64,000 nucleotides of DNA from a virus. Of this stretch, positions 1-9,800 are shown piece by piece; the stretch's first letter is position 1; the number at the start of each line of letters is the position of its first letter. A program made the translations under genes and the position numbers. The notes under the pieces are model-generated. The model was not told where the DNA came from. It saw only the letters and a program-made list of their open reading frames with translations, and did no database searches. The DNA lies in the IMG/VR virus record IMGVR_UViG_3300045988_130225, positions 35,703-99,702 of that record. The stretch is one strand, 5' to 3'.

Positions 1-28
1 TAAAATCACCTCTTTTTGTTAATAAAAC

Positions 29-394
29 TTATCCAATAATCAGCACTTGGATGGGTAAATCTTCCGTTGGCTTATTCTTATAAGCTGTAAGAGTAATCTG
101 ATTTTCTGCTTGTGCTGTACACTGAATGATACATTTCATGGATAGTTTAATTTGGTCTAAGGTTGCATTTGAAGCTAAACCAACCTCAATATTATTCTCA
201 GCCGTAACACCATTTACTGTTAAAGTTAATGTATATGGTGCATTATCACCTTGCCAATCTGCACTAGGAGCATTTACTTGCACACTTACAGATTTAAAAG
301 CACCATTTTCTACATTTTTTATTTTAGTCTGAGGATATAATTGGTCATATCCAGTATCAGTTTTTACATTCATTTCTATGTTATAACTTGCCAT
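29..394 (-). CDS. small virion-associated protein, function unknown (last gene of fibre cluster)
   Basis: ORF 29..445; internal ATG at 394 follows a GGTGAAAAT RBS and removes the overlap with the upstream gene. Confidence 0.45.
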   Translation of the reverse strand: MASYNIEMNVKTDTGYDQLYPQTKIKNVENGAFKSVSVQVNAPSADWQGDNAPYTLTLTVNGVTAENNIEVGLASNATLDQIKLSMKCIIQCTAQAENQITLTAYKNKPTEDLPIQVLIIG

Positions 395-414
395 ATTTTC
401 ACCAACTTTCTTTA

Positions 415-1104
415 TTAAACTTCGATAGATAAAATTTTCCACCATTGACCACCAACTTCTAATTGTTCGTCAGTTGGTTCTGTTTCAGATACAATAACTC
501 TTGCTTTTGGAAACTTCATAAATACCTGCCATGTGCTAGGTGTGGTATCTGGTTGAACATTTGTATTCGCTTTTAAAGCAATATACATTACATTTTCATA
601 AGTAACAACGTCATTAATAGCATAATTTACTGTTTTATCCCAAACATCTTTTAACTGAACGTCAATACTTGTCGCACCAACCTCACCTTTTAAGCCAATC
701 AACACCCAGTATTCCATATCAGTAGGCAGATTTCCAGTTGATTGTTTTAAACACATATAAACTTGTTTGTCATAAACAACAAAGTTATACATTTCATATT
801 GTATATCAGCTTGATATTCTTTCTTATTTATGTAATTATTAAGCATTGTCTGAAATAATTGTTCATCTTCTGCAAGTTTAACCTCTACTGCATTGTAATA
901 TAAATTCTGTAAATATTCAAGAGCCGTATGAATCATATTGAAACATATTGGCATAACCGTTTCAGAATCAATGTCATCATTGTTCATAATTAACGCTAAT
1001 GCTTGACTAAAATAACCCTCTCTAAAATATTGAGAAAACTGTTGCATTAAGTTTCTATTACTTAATGATAAGTCTTGCCAACGTCTGACTTCAAAACTTG
1101 CCAT
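415..1104 (-). CDS. tail fibre / receptor-binding-like protein
   Basis: 229 aa ORF; C-terminal aromatic motif (VMYIALKANTNVQPDTTPSTW) resembles repeats in the neighbouring 243 aa ORF; lies distal to the baseplate genes. Confidence 0.5.
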   Translation of the reverse strand: MASFEVRRWQDLSLSNRNLMQQFSQYFREGYFSQALALIMNNDDIDSETVMPICFNMIHTALEYLQNLYYNAVEVKLAEDEQLFQTMLNNYINKKEYQADIQYEMYNFVVYDKQVYMCLKQSTGNLPTDMEYWVLIGLKGEVGATSIDVQLKDVWDKTVNYAINDVVTYENVMYIALKANTNVQPDTTPSTWQVFMKFPKARVIVSETEPTDEQLEVGGQWWKILSIEV

Positions 1105-1118
1105 ATTTTTTTCCTTTC

Positions 1119-1850
1119 TTAGTTCACAATTCTAAACCATAAATCACCAGTTTCTTGTTGACTTGGCGTTCCCCCTTGTACTGGAATTTCTCTAGGTCTA
1201 ACAGAACCAATATTAACCCAGTATTGCGAACCCTCAAAAGGTGCTTGGTTATTATTAGCTTCAATACAAGCCCACACATAGTTACCGTATGTTACTACGT
1301 TCTGTGTGGTGTAATGTACTGTACTATCCCATTCTCCTAAGAAAGACAATCCCTCACCAGAATCACCTTTTTCACCACGAATAGAAAGCACTCGCCAATA
1401 AGTTGTATTTGTGGGATCTGTTCCCAAAGGTGGATTAGTAACAGCAATATACACATAATTTACACCGTTATAGGTGTATGTTACAAAGTTATTCTTAGAA
1501 TAGGTTATAGTAGGGTTATATATTCCCTTATAGCCAAATAAATTGATGATATTCTGCCATTTAATTTGCTTGCCCTCTACATAAGGTTGCACATCAGTTT
1601 TATAAAAATTTTCCAACGCTTCACAAGTATTGATAATCGTATTTAATTTTTGAGCATTGATAATCTTTTGATTACCGTTTGGAATTTGTGCAAATATATT
1701 TTGTGCGGTTTCATAATCATTAGACTGAATAGCTGTCTGATATTGCTGAATTAATTGTGCGTCAGAAGCCGTAATATCCAAAAAAGTTGTAAATGTTTGT
1801 ACTTGATTAGGAAAAGTCGTACTCGGAAATTGAGGGTAACGTTCACTCAT
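1119..1850 (-). CDS. tail fibre protein with short collagen-like run
   Basis: 243 aa; RGEKGDSGEG stretch; two carbohydrate-binding-like motifs (YVYIAVTNPP..W and YVWACIEANNNQAP..YW). Confidence 0.55.
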   Translation of the reverse strand: MSERYPQFPSTTFPNQVQTFTTFLDITASDAQLIQQYQTAIQSNDYETAQNIFAQIPNGNQKIINAQKLNTIINTCEALENFYKTDVQPYVEGKQIKWQNIINLFGYKGIYNPTITYSKNNFVTYTYNGVNYVYIAVTNPPLGTDPTNTTYWRVLSIRGEKGDSGEGLSFLGEWDSTVHYTTQNVVTYGNYVWACIEANNNQAPFEGSQYWVNIGSVRPREIPVQGGTPSQQETGDLWFRIVN

Positions 1851-1910
1851 AAATCACACTTCCTTTCTATGTAATCTAAATATTATTATATATTATTCTT
1901 TATTTTATTA

Positions 1911-1946
1911 CAACAAAAAAGAGTGAATCTATTAAGAAACACTCTT
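1911..1946 (-). terminator. intrinsic terminator (minus strand)
   Basis: Stem AAGAGTG/CACTCTT (1919-1925 with 1940-1946), followed on the minus strand by TTTTTTGTTG. Confidence 0.55.
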
Positions 1947-2292
1947 TCTTGCTACCAAAAACGTATTACAGGAGGTTTAATGAAAATAAGAAAAATATGC
2001 TTAGTTCTTTTTTCCAAGCATTATGTCACCATTCACCTTTTATCTCTCGCACATAAAAGGGTTCAGCTTTTTGTGACTAACTACCTATCTAATCATAGGT
2101 TAGTTTGAATTGTCACCATCACAGGCTTTTTTCAACTTTAGCTGAATTAATTTCATTATCACTATGGCAAGTAAATGATAATGAAAATCCAGTTAAGAAA
2201 AGGAACGTTGTGGATTTTTCGCACATGGATACGAACAACAATGTATACAATTTATAAGGAGAACATATATCTTTTATTTCCTTTCCTTAACT
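1915..2292 (-). ncRNA. candidate ~375 nt non-coding transcript between baseplate and fibre genes
   Basis: Bounded by a sigma70-type promoter (2300-2328) and a terminator (1911-1946); no RBS-led minus-strand ORF; several internal stems (e.g. CCTTTTAT/ATAAAAGG). Confidence 0.3.
1980..2108 (+). CDS. possible 42 aa basic/hydrophobic peptide, antisense to the candidate ncRNA
   Basis: AGGAGG (1970-1975) 4 nt before the ATG at 1980; MKIRKICLVLFSKHYVTIHLLSLAHKRVQLFVTNYLSNHRLV; no clear plus-strand promoter. Confidence 0.2.
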   Translation: MKIRKICLVLFSKHYVTIHLLSLAHKRVQLFVTNYLSNHRLV

Positions 2293-2299
2293 TAATTAT

Positions 2300-2328
2300 A
2301 TCTTACCATACTTTACGCCTTGTGTCAA
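2300..2328 (-). promoter_or_regulatory. sigma70-type promoter (minus strand)
   Basis: TTGACA (reverse complement of 2323-2328), 17 nt spacer, TGgTAAGAT (-10 is the reverse complement of 2300-2305). Confidence 0.5.
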
Positions 2329-2355
2329 TAGTTATTTTGAAATATTTCCACTTAT

Positions 2356-3768
2356 TTAGAAACTTTCGTATTCTGGATAATAAGCAATCATACTTATATT
2401 CATTGAACCACTTTCTTGCATATCAGCACTAAAACTTTTTACAAGATACTGTTTTGGAACTGTAGAATCTTTAGGTGTGTATGAAACAACTATATTTACG
2501 TCAAGCCACCATATAGGGACACATGTCAAACTTACACTGTCATTCATTCTGGTTCGTAAATATAATTCATATTTAGCACGTTGTCTTGCTAAATCATTAG
2601 TATATATATTATCATATTCACCCCCAGACAAAGGAATTGCTATCTCACCTATTGTACCCCCTACATAATAAGGGCTTTGTGGATTATCGTCTTTAGCTTC
2701 ACCGTATATCTGTTGATAGCCTAGGTATATAAACTTACCATTCTGGTATCTGGCAACGTAATACTGGTTGTTACGGTCTAGTACCGCCGCTGTTCCGTCC
2801 TCATTAACCAAAGGTAATGCGCTGTTATCATTCACTTTAATATAAGGACTTGCAACTGCTGTAGTAGCCGTCCAACCTACTGTGAAACTTGTATCTGCAT
2901 CAAAAGTTGTTGGATAATCTGCAATAGTAAGAGTATAAGTATTTCCACTCTGAGTTATATTACTTGGATAATATGTTGGGTCGATTGATTTTCCAAATAC
3001 TCTTACTACATTTTTAACGCTTTCAAAATCAGACGTAATACTTTCTGATGTTACAATATTATCCCATACATCGTCATCCAATAAAGACGGTTCATTATGT
3101 CCACTTGGAATCTTTTGATACCTAAATACTCCGTTTACATCAAAGAAAATTTCCATAGTTGCATCTACATCTCTTAATTGAGAAAGTAATGAATAAACAC
3201 TATCACCAACGTCTACTTGTATATCATAAGGTAAAGCATATGGCAATTCTTCAAGGACATATTTAGTTACTCCTACTAACTTTAACACACTAATCATAGC
3301 GTTTCTTACGTTACTACCTTGTGGAATCGTTGTTGGCATATCTGAAATATAACCATTTCTTGTACCATTCAGTCTTGCCATAAGGTCAAGTCCCTCAAAT
3401 GATAATGAATTAGTAGAAGCGTCATAATTCCATGTAGGGGTATTGATAAGATAAATACCTAAATTTACCCATTCCCAGTCTTTTGCAAGTATATCATATT
3501 CACCTATATAAATCTGAACATATCTATCCAACCATATTCTTCCACCAGATTTTATCTCAAAATCAGCGGTATCTTTCAGTGCTAAAGTAATACTACATGA
3601 ACGCCTTTGGTCATTGTTACTATCACAATTTATATTACCACTGATAACATAACCCTGTATTTCATTTACGGTCTGATACTCATAATTGAGCAGATTTATC
3701 TTTATTTGACGTTCTCTCATTCGTTGTTTTGCGATATTGTATAAATTTTGCGTTATATTTAATGGCAT
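2356..3768 (-). CDS. baseplate / tail-tip structural protein
   Basis: 470 aa ORF in the tail module downstream of the tape measure; assigned by position only. Confidence 0.4.
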   Translation of the reverse strand: MPLNITQNLYNIAKQRMRERQIKINLLNYEYQTVNEIQGYVISGNINCDSNNDQRRSCSITLALKDTADFEIKSGGRIWLDRYVQIYIGEYDILAKDWEWVNLGIYLINTPTWNYDASTNSLSFEGLDLMARLNGTRNGYISDMPTTIPQGSNVRNAMISVLKLVGVTKYVLEELPYALPYDIQVDVGDSVYSLLSQLRDVDATMEIFFDVNGVFRYQKIPSGHNEPSLLDDDVWDNIVTSESITSDFESVKNVVRVFGKSIDPTYYPSNITQSGNTYTLTIADYPTTFDADTSFTVGWTATTAVASPYIKVNDNSALPLVNEDGTAAVLDRNNQYYVARYQNGKFIYLGYQQIYGEAKDDNPQSPYYVGGTIGEIAIPLSGGEYDNIYTNDLARQRAKYELYLRTRMNDSVSLTCVPIWWLDVNIVVSYTPKDSTVPKQYLVKSFSADMQESGSMNISMIAYYPEYESF

Positions 3769-3781
3769 AATTTATCCTCCC

Positions 3782-4714
3782 TTACGTTCCAGTAGTAGAA
3801 ACTCCACTTACTACTGGTTCTACTAATCCAAATTCCATAAGGTCTTTTTCGTTATTTGCGTCACCAACCTCAACGTAATCAAAGGAAATATCTACCTTTC
3901 CCATACCCCAGTTGTTGTCATATGTAATGTTTGGTTCTGAACTTGGATAAACCAAATGTATCGAGTTATTCCAATCCTTTATGATTTTTGCTTTATTATT
4001 TGTGATATAATTCAATATTTCTTCTGTTAATTTATTGATTTCGTATCTATTCATTATCCTATTCTTTTCATAATCCAAAGGTAGGACAGTAAAACTGATA
4101 CTATTGCTGTAATAATTCGTCTTAGCATTAGCAACAATTACTGGATATTTACTACCATAAGGCTCAAATACACCTATCTTCTTAACACGTTTACCAGTAC
4201 CATATGCTACCCCAGCGTAGAATTTATATATACTATCCTTTTCACAAATGAATACGCCCTTGAATTGAGAAGTGATACTATTGGTAATATAATCGCCCTC
4301 AGCACCGTTCAATATAGGAACTAAAGCATATTCATAATCTGTATTATTAGCGGCTATATAATCATTAAAAGCAAAGTTTAAATCTTCAAATGCTTTTACT
4401 GTAACTGTCTTTAAAGTAACCCAGTTAAATGTACCTTTAATTCTACGTTTTACTTTAATAGCGGTCAAATATTGCAGTAAGAAATCTACATTACCGCCAT
4501 TGATATTACCGTCAAAATTAGCAACAATAATATCAAGATAAGCCCATTCAGTATTTTTAATAGGTGAATAATCACTAGTTACATTACTAGTTAAATGAAA
4601 ATGGTCAAAGATACCGTTCTGAACTTGAACTGTTGTTACATTATTTACACTGGTAGGTGCAATATCTAGGCTGTTACCGTCTTGTACGAAATTGTACCCT
4701 AAGAAAGAAAACAT
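3782..4714 (-). CDS. tail/baseplate structural protein
   Basis: 310 aa ORF, tightly packed in the tail module. Confidence 0.4.
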   Translation of the reverse strand: MFSFLGYNFVQDGNSLDIAPTSVNNVTTVQVQNGIFDHFHLTSNVTSDYSPIKNTEWAYLDIIVANFDGNINGGNVDFLLQYLTAIKVKRRIKGTFNWVTLKTVTVKAFEDLNFAFNDYIAANNTDYEYALVPILNGAEGDYITNSITSQFKGVFICEKDSIYKFYAGVAYGTGKRVKKIGVFEPYGSKYPVIVANAKTNYYSNSISFTVLPLDYEKNRIMNRYEINKLTEEILNYITNNKAKIIKDWNNSIHLVYPSSEPNITYDNNWGMGKVDISFDYVEVGDANNEKDLMEFGLVEPVVSGVSTTGT

Positions 4715-4750
4715 ATTATCCTCTCACCTACTTTCTATTTGTTGTTATTA

Positions 4751-5875
4751 TTAATTTGTTGCAGTAGGAATTACGCTACCTAAATTTATCAAAGAAATAT
4801 TATAAACATTTCCTATTCTTCTCACCCATAAAGTAAGATAATCTGTATTTTGTGGTAATGGAATATATTGAGAATATCTATAATAAACATCTTCTGCAAT
4901 ACCACTGTCCACAGTCATATCTACATAGGCTTTAAGTTCTGTTTCGTTTCTATAATATCCGTTCCTATAAGTAAACGTAATCTTTTGACCTTGTGAATTA
5001 GTAAAAAATGAGATTGGTGTGTCTACGTTCATATCTCTAAACCACCATTGAGCCGTAAAATCTCCGTTTAATTGGAAACCACTTGTCCACTTTGTCCAGT
5101 AACCGTCTGGTCTTAAATCAATTTCTTTACCGTCTACATTAGTAATATATATTGGTTCTTCTGGATTGCTTGAACCCTCAATAATACTAACAATACTTTC
5201 ACCAGTGATATAACCATTAGTGCAATCATTAGTCAAACCAAGAATACCAAACACAGTTGGACTGGAATATGTAACAGTGATTAATATTTCACCAGTTGTT
5301 ACATAAGTTCCATAAATAGTATAACCCTTGATTTCAATGTAATAAGTTGCTTTATCATCTAATCCAGTCAATAAATAAGTTTGAGTTACTGGTGGTTTAA
5401 TACTCTGACCACCATAAATCTCACCACTGTTATTAATTTCAACATGGTTAGAATTATATAGAATCACATTATAATAGTTTAATAATTCACCCTCAATCTG
5501 ATTATATGTAAACTCAAATAAAAAACTTGAAGAATTGATAATATTATTTGCGGGTAAATTGGTAAACTCTATTGTAGGTTGAGTATAGCACCAAAACTGT
5601 ATAGGGTCACTTGGACTACTTACTTCGCCTTGTGCGTCATAAGTAGTTACATAAGCGTTATAATATGTACCATTAGTTAATGTATTAGGTGGAACAGTAT
5701 GCTCAAACTTAAATGAGTCCACAGACTGTTGGTATACAACTTGGTTTGTGGTGTTGTTACGAATTGTTAATTGGTTCTTTACAACTTGATTACCACCTGT
5801 TGAATAGAATGTAAATGTTGACTTTTGAGAAGCGTCAAATGCATTTATTGAATATAATATCGGTTTAGTTACCAT
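4751..5875 (-). CDS. tail/baseplate structural protein
   Basis: 374 aa ORF, beta-rich composition, in the tail module. Confidence 0.4.
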   Translation of the reverse strand: MVTKPILYSINAFDASQKSTFTFYSTGGNQVVKNQLTIRNNTTNQVVYQQSVDSFKFEHTVPPNTLTNGTYYNAYVTTYDAQGEVSSPSDPIQFWCYTQPTIEFTNLPANNIINSSSFLFEFTYNQIEGELLNYYNVILYNSNHVEINNSGEIYGGQSIKPPVTQTYLLTGLDDKATYYIEIKGYTIYGTYVTTGEILITVTYSSPTVFGILGLTNDCTNGYITGESIVSIIEGSSNPEEPIYITNVDGKEIDLRPDGYWTKWTSGFQLNGDFTAQWWFRDMNVDTPISFFTNSQGQKITFTYRNGYYRNETELKAYVDMTVDSGIAEDVYYRYSQYIPLPQNTDYLTLWVRRIGNVYNISLINLGSVIPTATN

Positions 5876-5895
5876 AAAATTTAATCACCTACTTT

Positions 5896-6750
5896 TTAAG
5901 ATGTTCTTTGCCAAATATAACAACAAAGATATGGCTGTACAGTTGAAATAGTTTGTGTTGTTAATGTTACATCTCCGTGTGTATGTCCTTGTTCTCCACC
6001 TGCACCTAATGTAGTTGTAATAGTACCTTTACTCCAATCATTAAACCAACCACCGTTGTTATGAATTTGAAAACCATTATTAGCCGAAATTGGAGAAAAC
6101 TCATTAGGCGCCGCAGAGTCATGTTTTACTGCTATAATACTTGTATTGCTATCCATACCATGTTGATGGTTTGGAATTTCATTTATTGTTAATACATGAT
6201 TTTGCGTTGTGTGTGCGTGAGTATAATCATTACTATACACACCGCCCAGTTTTCCTGCTTGATTAAAGCTATCTTGATTAGTGTCAACGCCTACTAAAGT
6301 TCTTCCTTGTCCTATTAACAACCAACTTCCACCAAAAAAAGTTGAAGGATTAGTAGCAACCAAAGAAAGATAAATTGAACCAACAGGATAAACATCTAAA
6401 GCACTAATACCACCAGATTTGCTACTTCCACCACCGCTTATATACATATTACTTGCTTGATTTTGTGGGTATGTGACTTTTACAATATCATTTATCTTAA
6501 AGTTTGCGACAGAGTAACTAGGAACTCTGCTATATTCTTTATTATCTATAACAACATTATATGTACCATCAGAATTTAAACTTTTAATCAAACCAGTTTT
6601 AGTAATATCTCTAGGTGCTTTATTAACTTCCTGCTTTGCAATAATTCTCATAGCTTCAAGTATTTCTTTATTTATATCCCATGTTTTAGCATCAAGGCTA
6701 CTATTCCCTCGCTTAACATCGGTTCCTTTATTGTTGTATAAATTTTGCAT
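5896..6750 (-). CDS. tail-collar-like fibre protein
   Basis: 284 aa; VGSIY..NP..GGSW..GRTLVG...GGxxxHxLTINEIPNHQH pattern typical of phage tail collar / fibre domains. Confidence 0.5.
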   Translation of the reverse strand: MQNLYNNKGTDVKRGNSSLDAKTWDINKEILEAMRIIAKQEVNKAPRDITKTGLIKSLNSDGTYNVVIDNKEYSRVPSYSVANFKINDIVKVTYPQNQASNMYISGGGSSKSGGISALDVYPVGSIYLSLVATNPSTFFGGSWLLIGQGRTLVGVDTNQDSFNQAGKLGGVYSNDYTHAHTTQNHVLTINEIPNHQHGMDSNTSIIAVKHDSAAPNEFSPISANNGFQIHNNGGWFNDWSKGTITTTLGAGGEQGHTHGDVTLTTQTISTVQPYLCCYIWQRTS

Positions 6751-6807
6751 AATTCAATTCACTTCCTTTACCAAAACAAACAAAATCTTTATAGTAAAAG
6801 GAGAGAA

Positions 6808-9800
6808 TTAATCTCTCCTTCCACCCATCTGTAATGCTCTGTTTTTTAAATTCTTTAATTCGTCAATAAATGATTGTGCGTTGGTAACATTTGGTAATGT
6901 AAGATTTTCAAAAGCGTAGTTATAAATAGGTGCAGACTGTCCACCCATTTTTCCTACAATACTGTTTAACCATTGTGTAGGTGAGAATTTACCAAGTTGC
7001 ATAAGATTCTCAGTCAAATGATTAGGAATAATACCGTCACCCTCATTAGACCTTGAACCAAGAACTCTTAATTCTCGACCTTTTTCACCAACCATAGATA
7101 AACCATAACCTTTTGTTGTACCGTTTGCATAAGCCCCCGGGCCATGTGAAGTATCATCTTCATACCAGTTATCACCACCAGACCCATGAGAATATTCAGG
7201 TTCTTTATCAGTCCAATGTTCTTCTGGGTCAAGTTCGTCACCAAATTCTTCATCATCATCATCATCGTAACTTTTATATCTTGTCTTAAGTGTACTCATT
7301 ATTTCATTATATCTATCTACATAATCTTGAAGATTACCAAGACGTTTCTCCCAGTTTTCACCCTCTAAACTAATGCCTAATACTTGTTCAGCAAGAAGTT
7401 TATTCTGTTCAGTTGTATAATTATCTGTAACATTTCCCCATTCATCTTTATACTTTTGCCAATACTTTATCTGTTCTTCAACTGAATTAATTGTAGCGTC
7501 ACGAATATCTTCTAATCGTTTTATCTCTTTCTTGGTGTCTTGCTCTTTCTTATATTGTGTAAGAGCAGTTTTAGCTTCGTCTACAGCAGATTGGTCTGTT
7601 TCGTAAACAAAACCTTGTCCCTCTCTATATATTCTTACTTTCTTTTGTTGTGCTTTTGCTAAAGCATCTAACTTTTCTTGTAGTTCAATTTCGTCATTTG
7701 TTGCATCGTTCTTTTCGTTTATTTTGTCAATCTCAGCATCGTACTGGTCTTGAATAGCTTGTTTTCTTTCGTTAAGTGCATCAATTTCTTTTTGCGCTAA
7801 TGAAGCAACATAACTAAACGCTGTTTCCAGATTAGATTGTTGTTCCTCATACCAAGCCTTTTCTTCCTCCCACTCTTCTTTACGTGCTTTCTTACGCTTT
7901 TCTGCTTCTTGCTCTGCTTTTCTTGTATTTTCTTCTTCAAGTTTATTACGTCCAGAATAAATCTCTTCTTCAATTTTCCAACGTTGCTCTGCGTATTTTT
8001 CTTCATTACTATAGAACTCTTTCATTAATTCTTCAAGTTCGTCATAGTATTCCTGTTCAGAAATCATATCCATAGCAAGTTGATGTTTTAAGAGGTTATA
8101 ACGCTCAGTATAAGCCGCATCATGGGCTTTTGTCATACCGTCTAAGGCTTTCTCATGATACTTGTTATATTCATCCTCATACCCCTCTTTATCTTTGTAG
8201 TATTTATTTGTAAGTTCTTCAAGCTGTTCATAATACCATTTATCTGTAGCGGCATTATCTTTCATTGAAGCCTTTTGTTTATCTAAAGTAGCAAGTTCTT
8301 TTTCAAATGCTTCTTTATATGCTTTAGCGTCTGCTTTTGCTTGTTTTTCTGCATCTGAGGTTGAGGATTTCTTAGAACCACCGCCACCTTTACCAGATTT
8401 GCCACCAGATGTAGACGGTTTAAACTGTAATCCTTTTCTCAATTCCTCTAAAAGTTTTTGATTTTGTTGATTACGGTAAGCTTGAACTTGTGCGTCAAAT
8501 CCTTCTGAGTAAGATTGAACACCAACACCGCTACTGCCTGTTCTAGCTTTTGGTGCGGCACCAGATACAGCATCTAAACTAGAAGCAAATTGTAAAATTC
8601 CTTGCGCTCCTTGTGCAAATTGGTTACCTGTTGTTATAGCCGTATTACCAATCGTTGTTAAATAAGGATTTGCTTGTGAACTTGCTGTTCCCACTTGTTG
8701 AATAGAAGTTCCTAAATTATCAGAACCTTGTTTCCCTATTTCTGCGTTTGTGCCAACTTTTTGCTCACTTTCACTAAAAGTATCTAATCCTTGTGAACTA
8801 GAAATAGCAGAAATCCCACTTTCAGTAAAGCTTTGTGCCATTGACATTAAAGAAGCATCGTTAACAACTAATTGACCATTTACCATTTGTAAAGAATTAA
8901 GATATTCTGGGTTTAAAGATAATAAATCAGCCATTGTATCTATTGTAACACTACCAGTTTTATTGTATTCGTCTGCTACTTCATGTAAAGTATCATAAGC
9001 GTCTTGAACACCTTTTAATTCTGATGTAAGACTTTTAATAGCTTCTTCAAATTCTTCTGTTTGAGAAGCGGCTTCACCTGCATCTTCACCATATTGATTT
9101 ACGCCATCAGCGGCTTCTTTTGCTTTATCACCATTATCTTGTAATTCAATTCCTAATGCTTTTGCAAAATCTGGAAATTGCGTAGCAACAACTTCATCTA
9201 ATGCTTCTTTAAATAACGGAATCTGCGAATTATTTTTAAGCAACGCATTGTATACACTTTCAAAAGAACTAAGACTATCATATTGAGTATTTATAAAAGA
9301 TTGCGTCTTTTTATCAACATCAACCGTTGCATCAGCGGCTTCTCTTGTAAGTGTAGCAGTTTTATTATATTTATCCTCTAATTCAACAAGAGTATTACTT
9401 AAGAACGCTAAAGTTTGCTGATGTAATTTTGTTTGATTATCTTCTTGTTGCATTGCGGTAATAGTAGTGTTTAAATCCGCTATTAATTCTTTATAACCAC
9501 CTGCCGCTTCATAAACGCCTTCACCCAAACTCTTTGTATATTTATTATAAAACGCCTTAAAAGATTCACTGGATTCAGTATCAGAGGTAAATTTCAAAGG
9601 AATATAAAACGAAGTTCTATTTAACATATCCTGTGTTGCTTTTTGCGCTTTCTGAATTTCAGCTTGATTTCTGTTCAAAAAATCTTGTGATTTTTCAGCA
9701 TTTTCTTTACTAAGTAAATCTAAACCTTCTGCTCTTGTTCCGTTCAAATTTGATAGTGCTTCTTCTTCAACACCATAAGCCTTAGCAAGTTTGGAAATTG

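Noticed and set aside
7068-8075. Several 60-69 aa ORFs on both strands inside the tape measure gene
   Set aside because: They are low-complexity K/E- or F/L-rich translations of the repetitive coiled-coil coding region. They have no RBS and are fully nested in a 1554 aa ORF.
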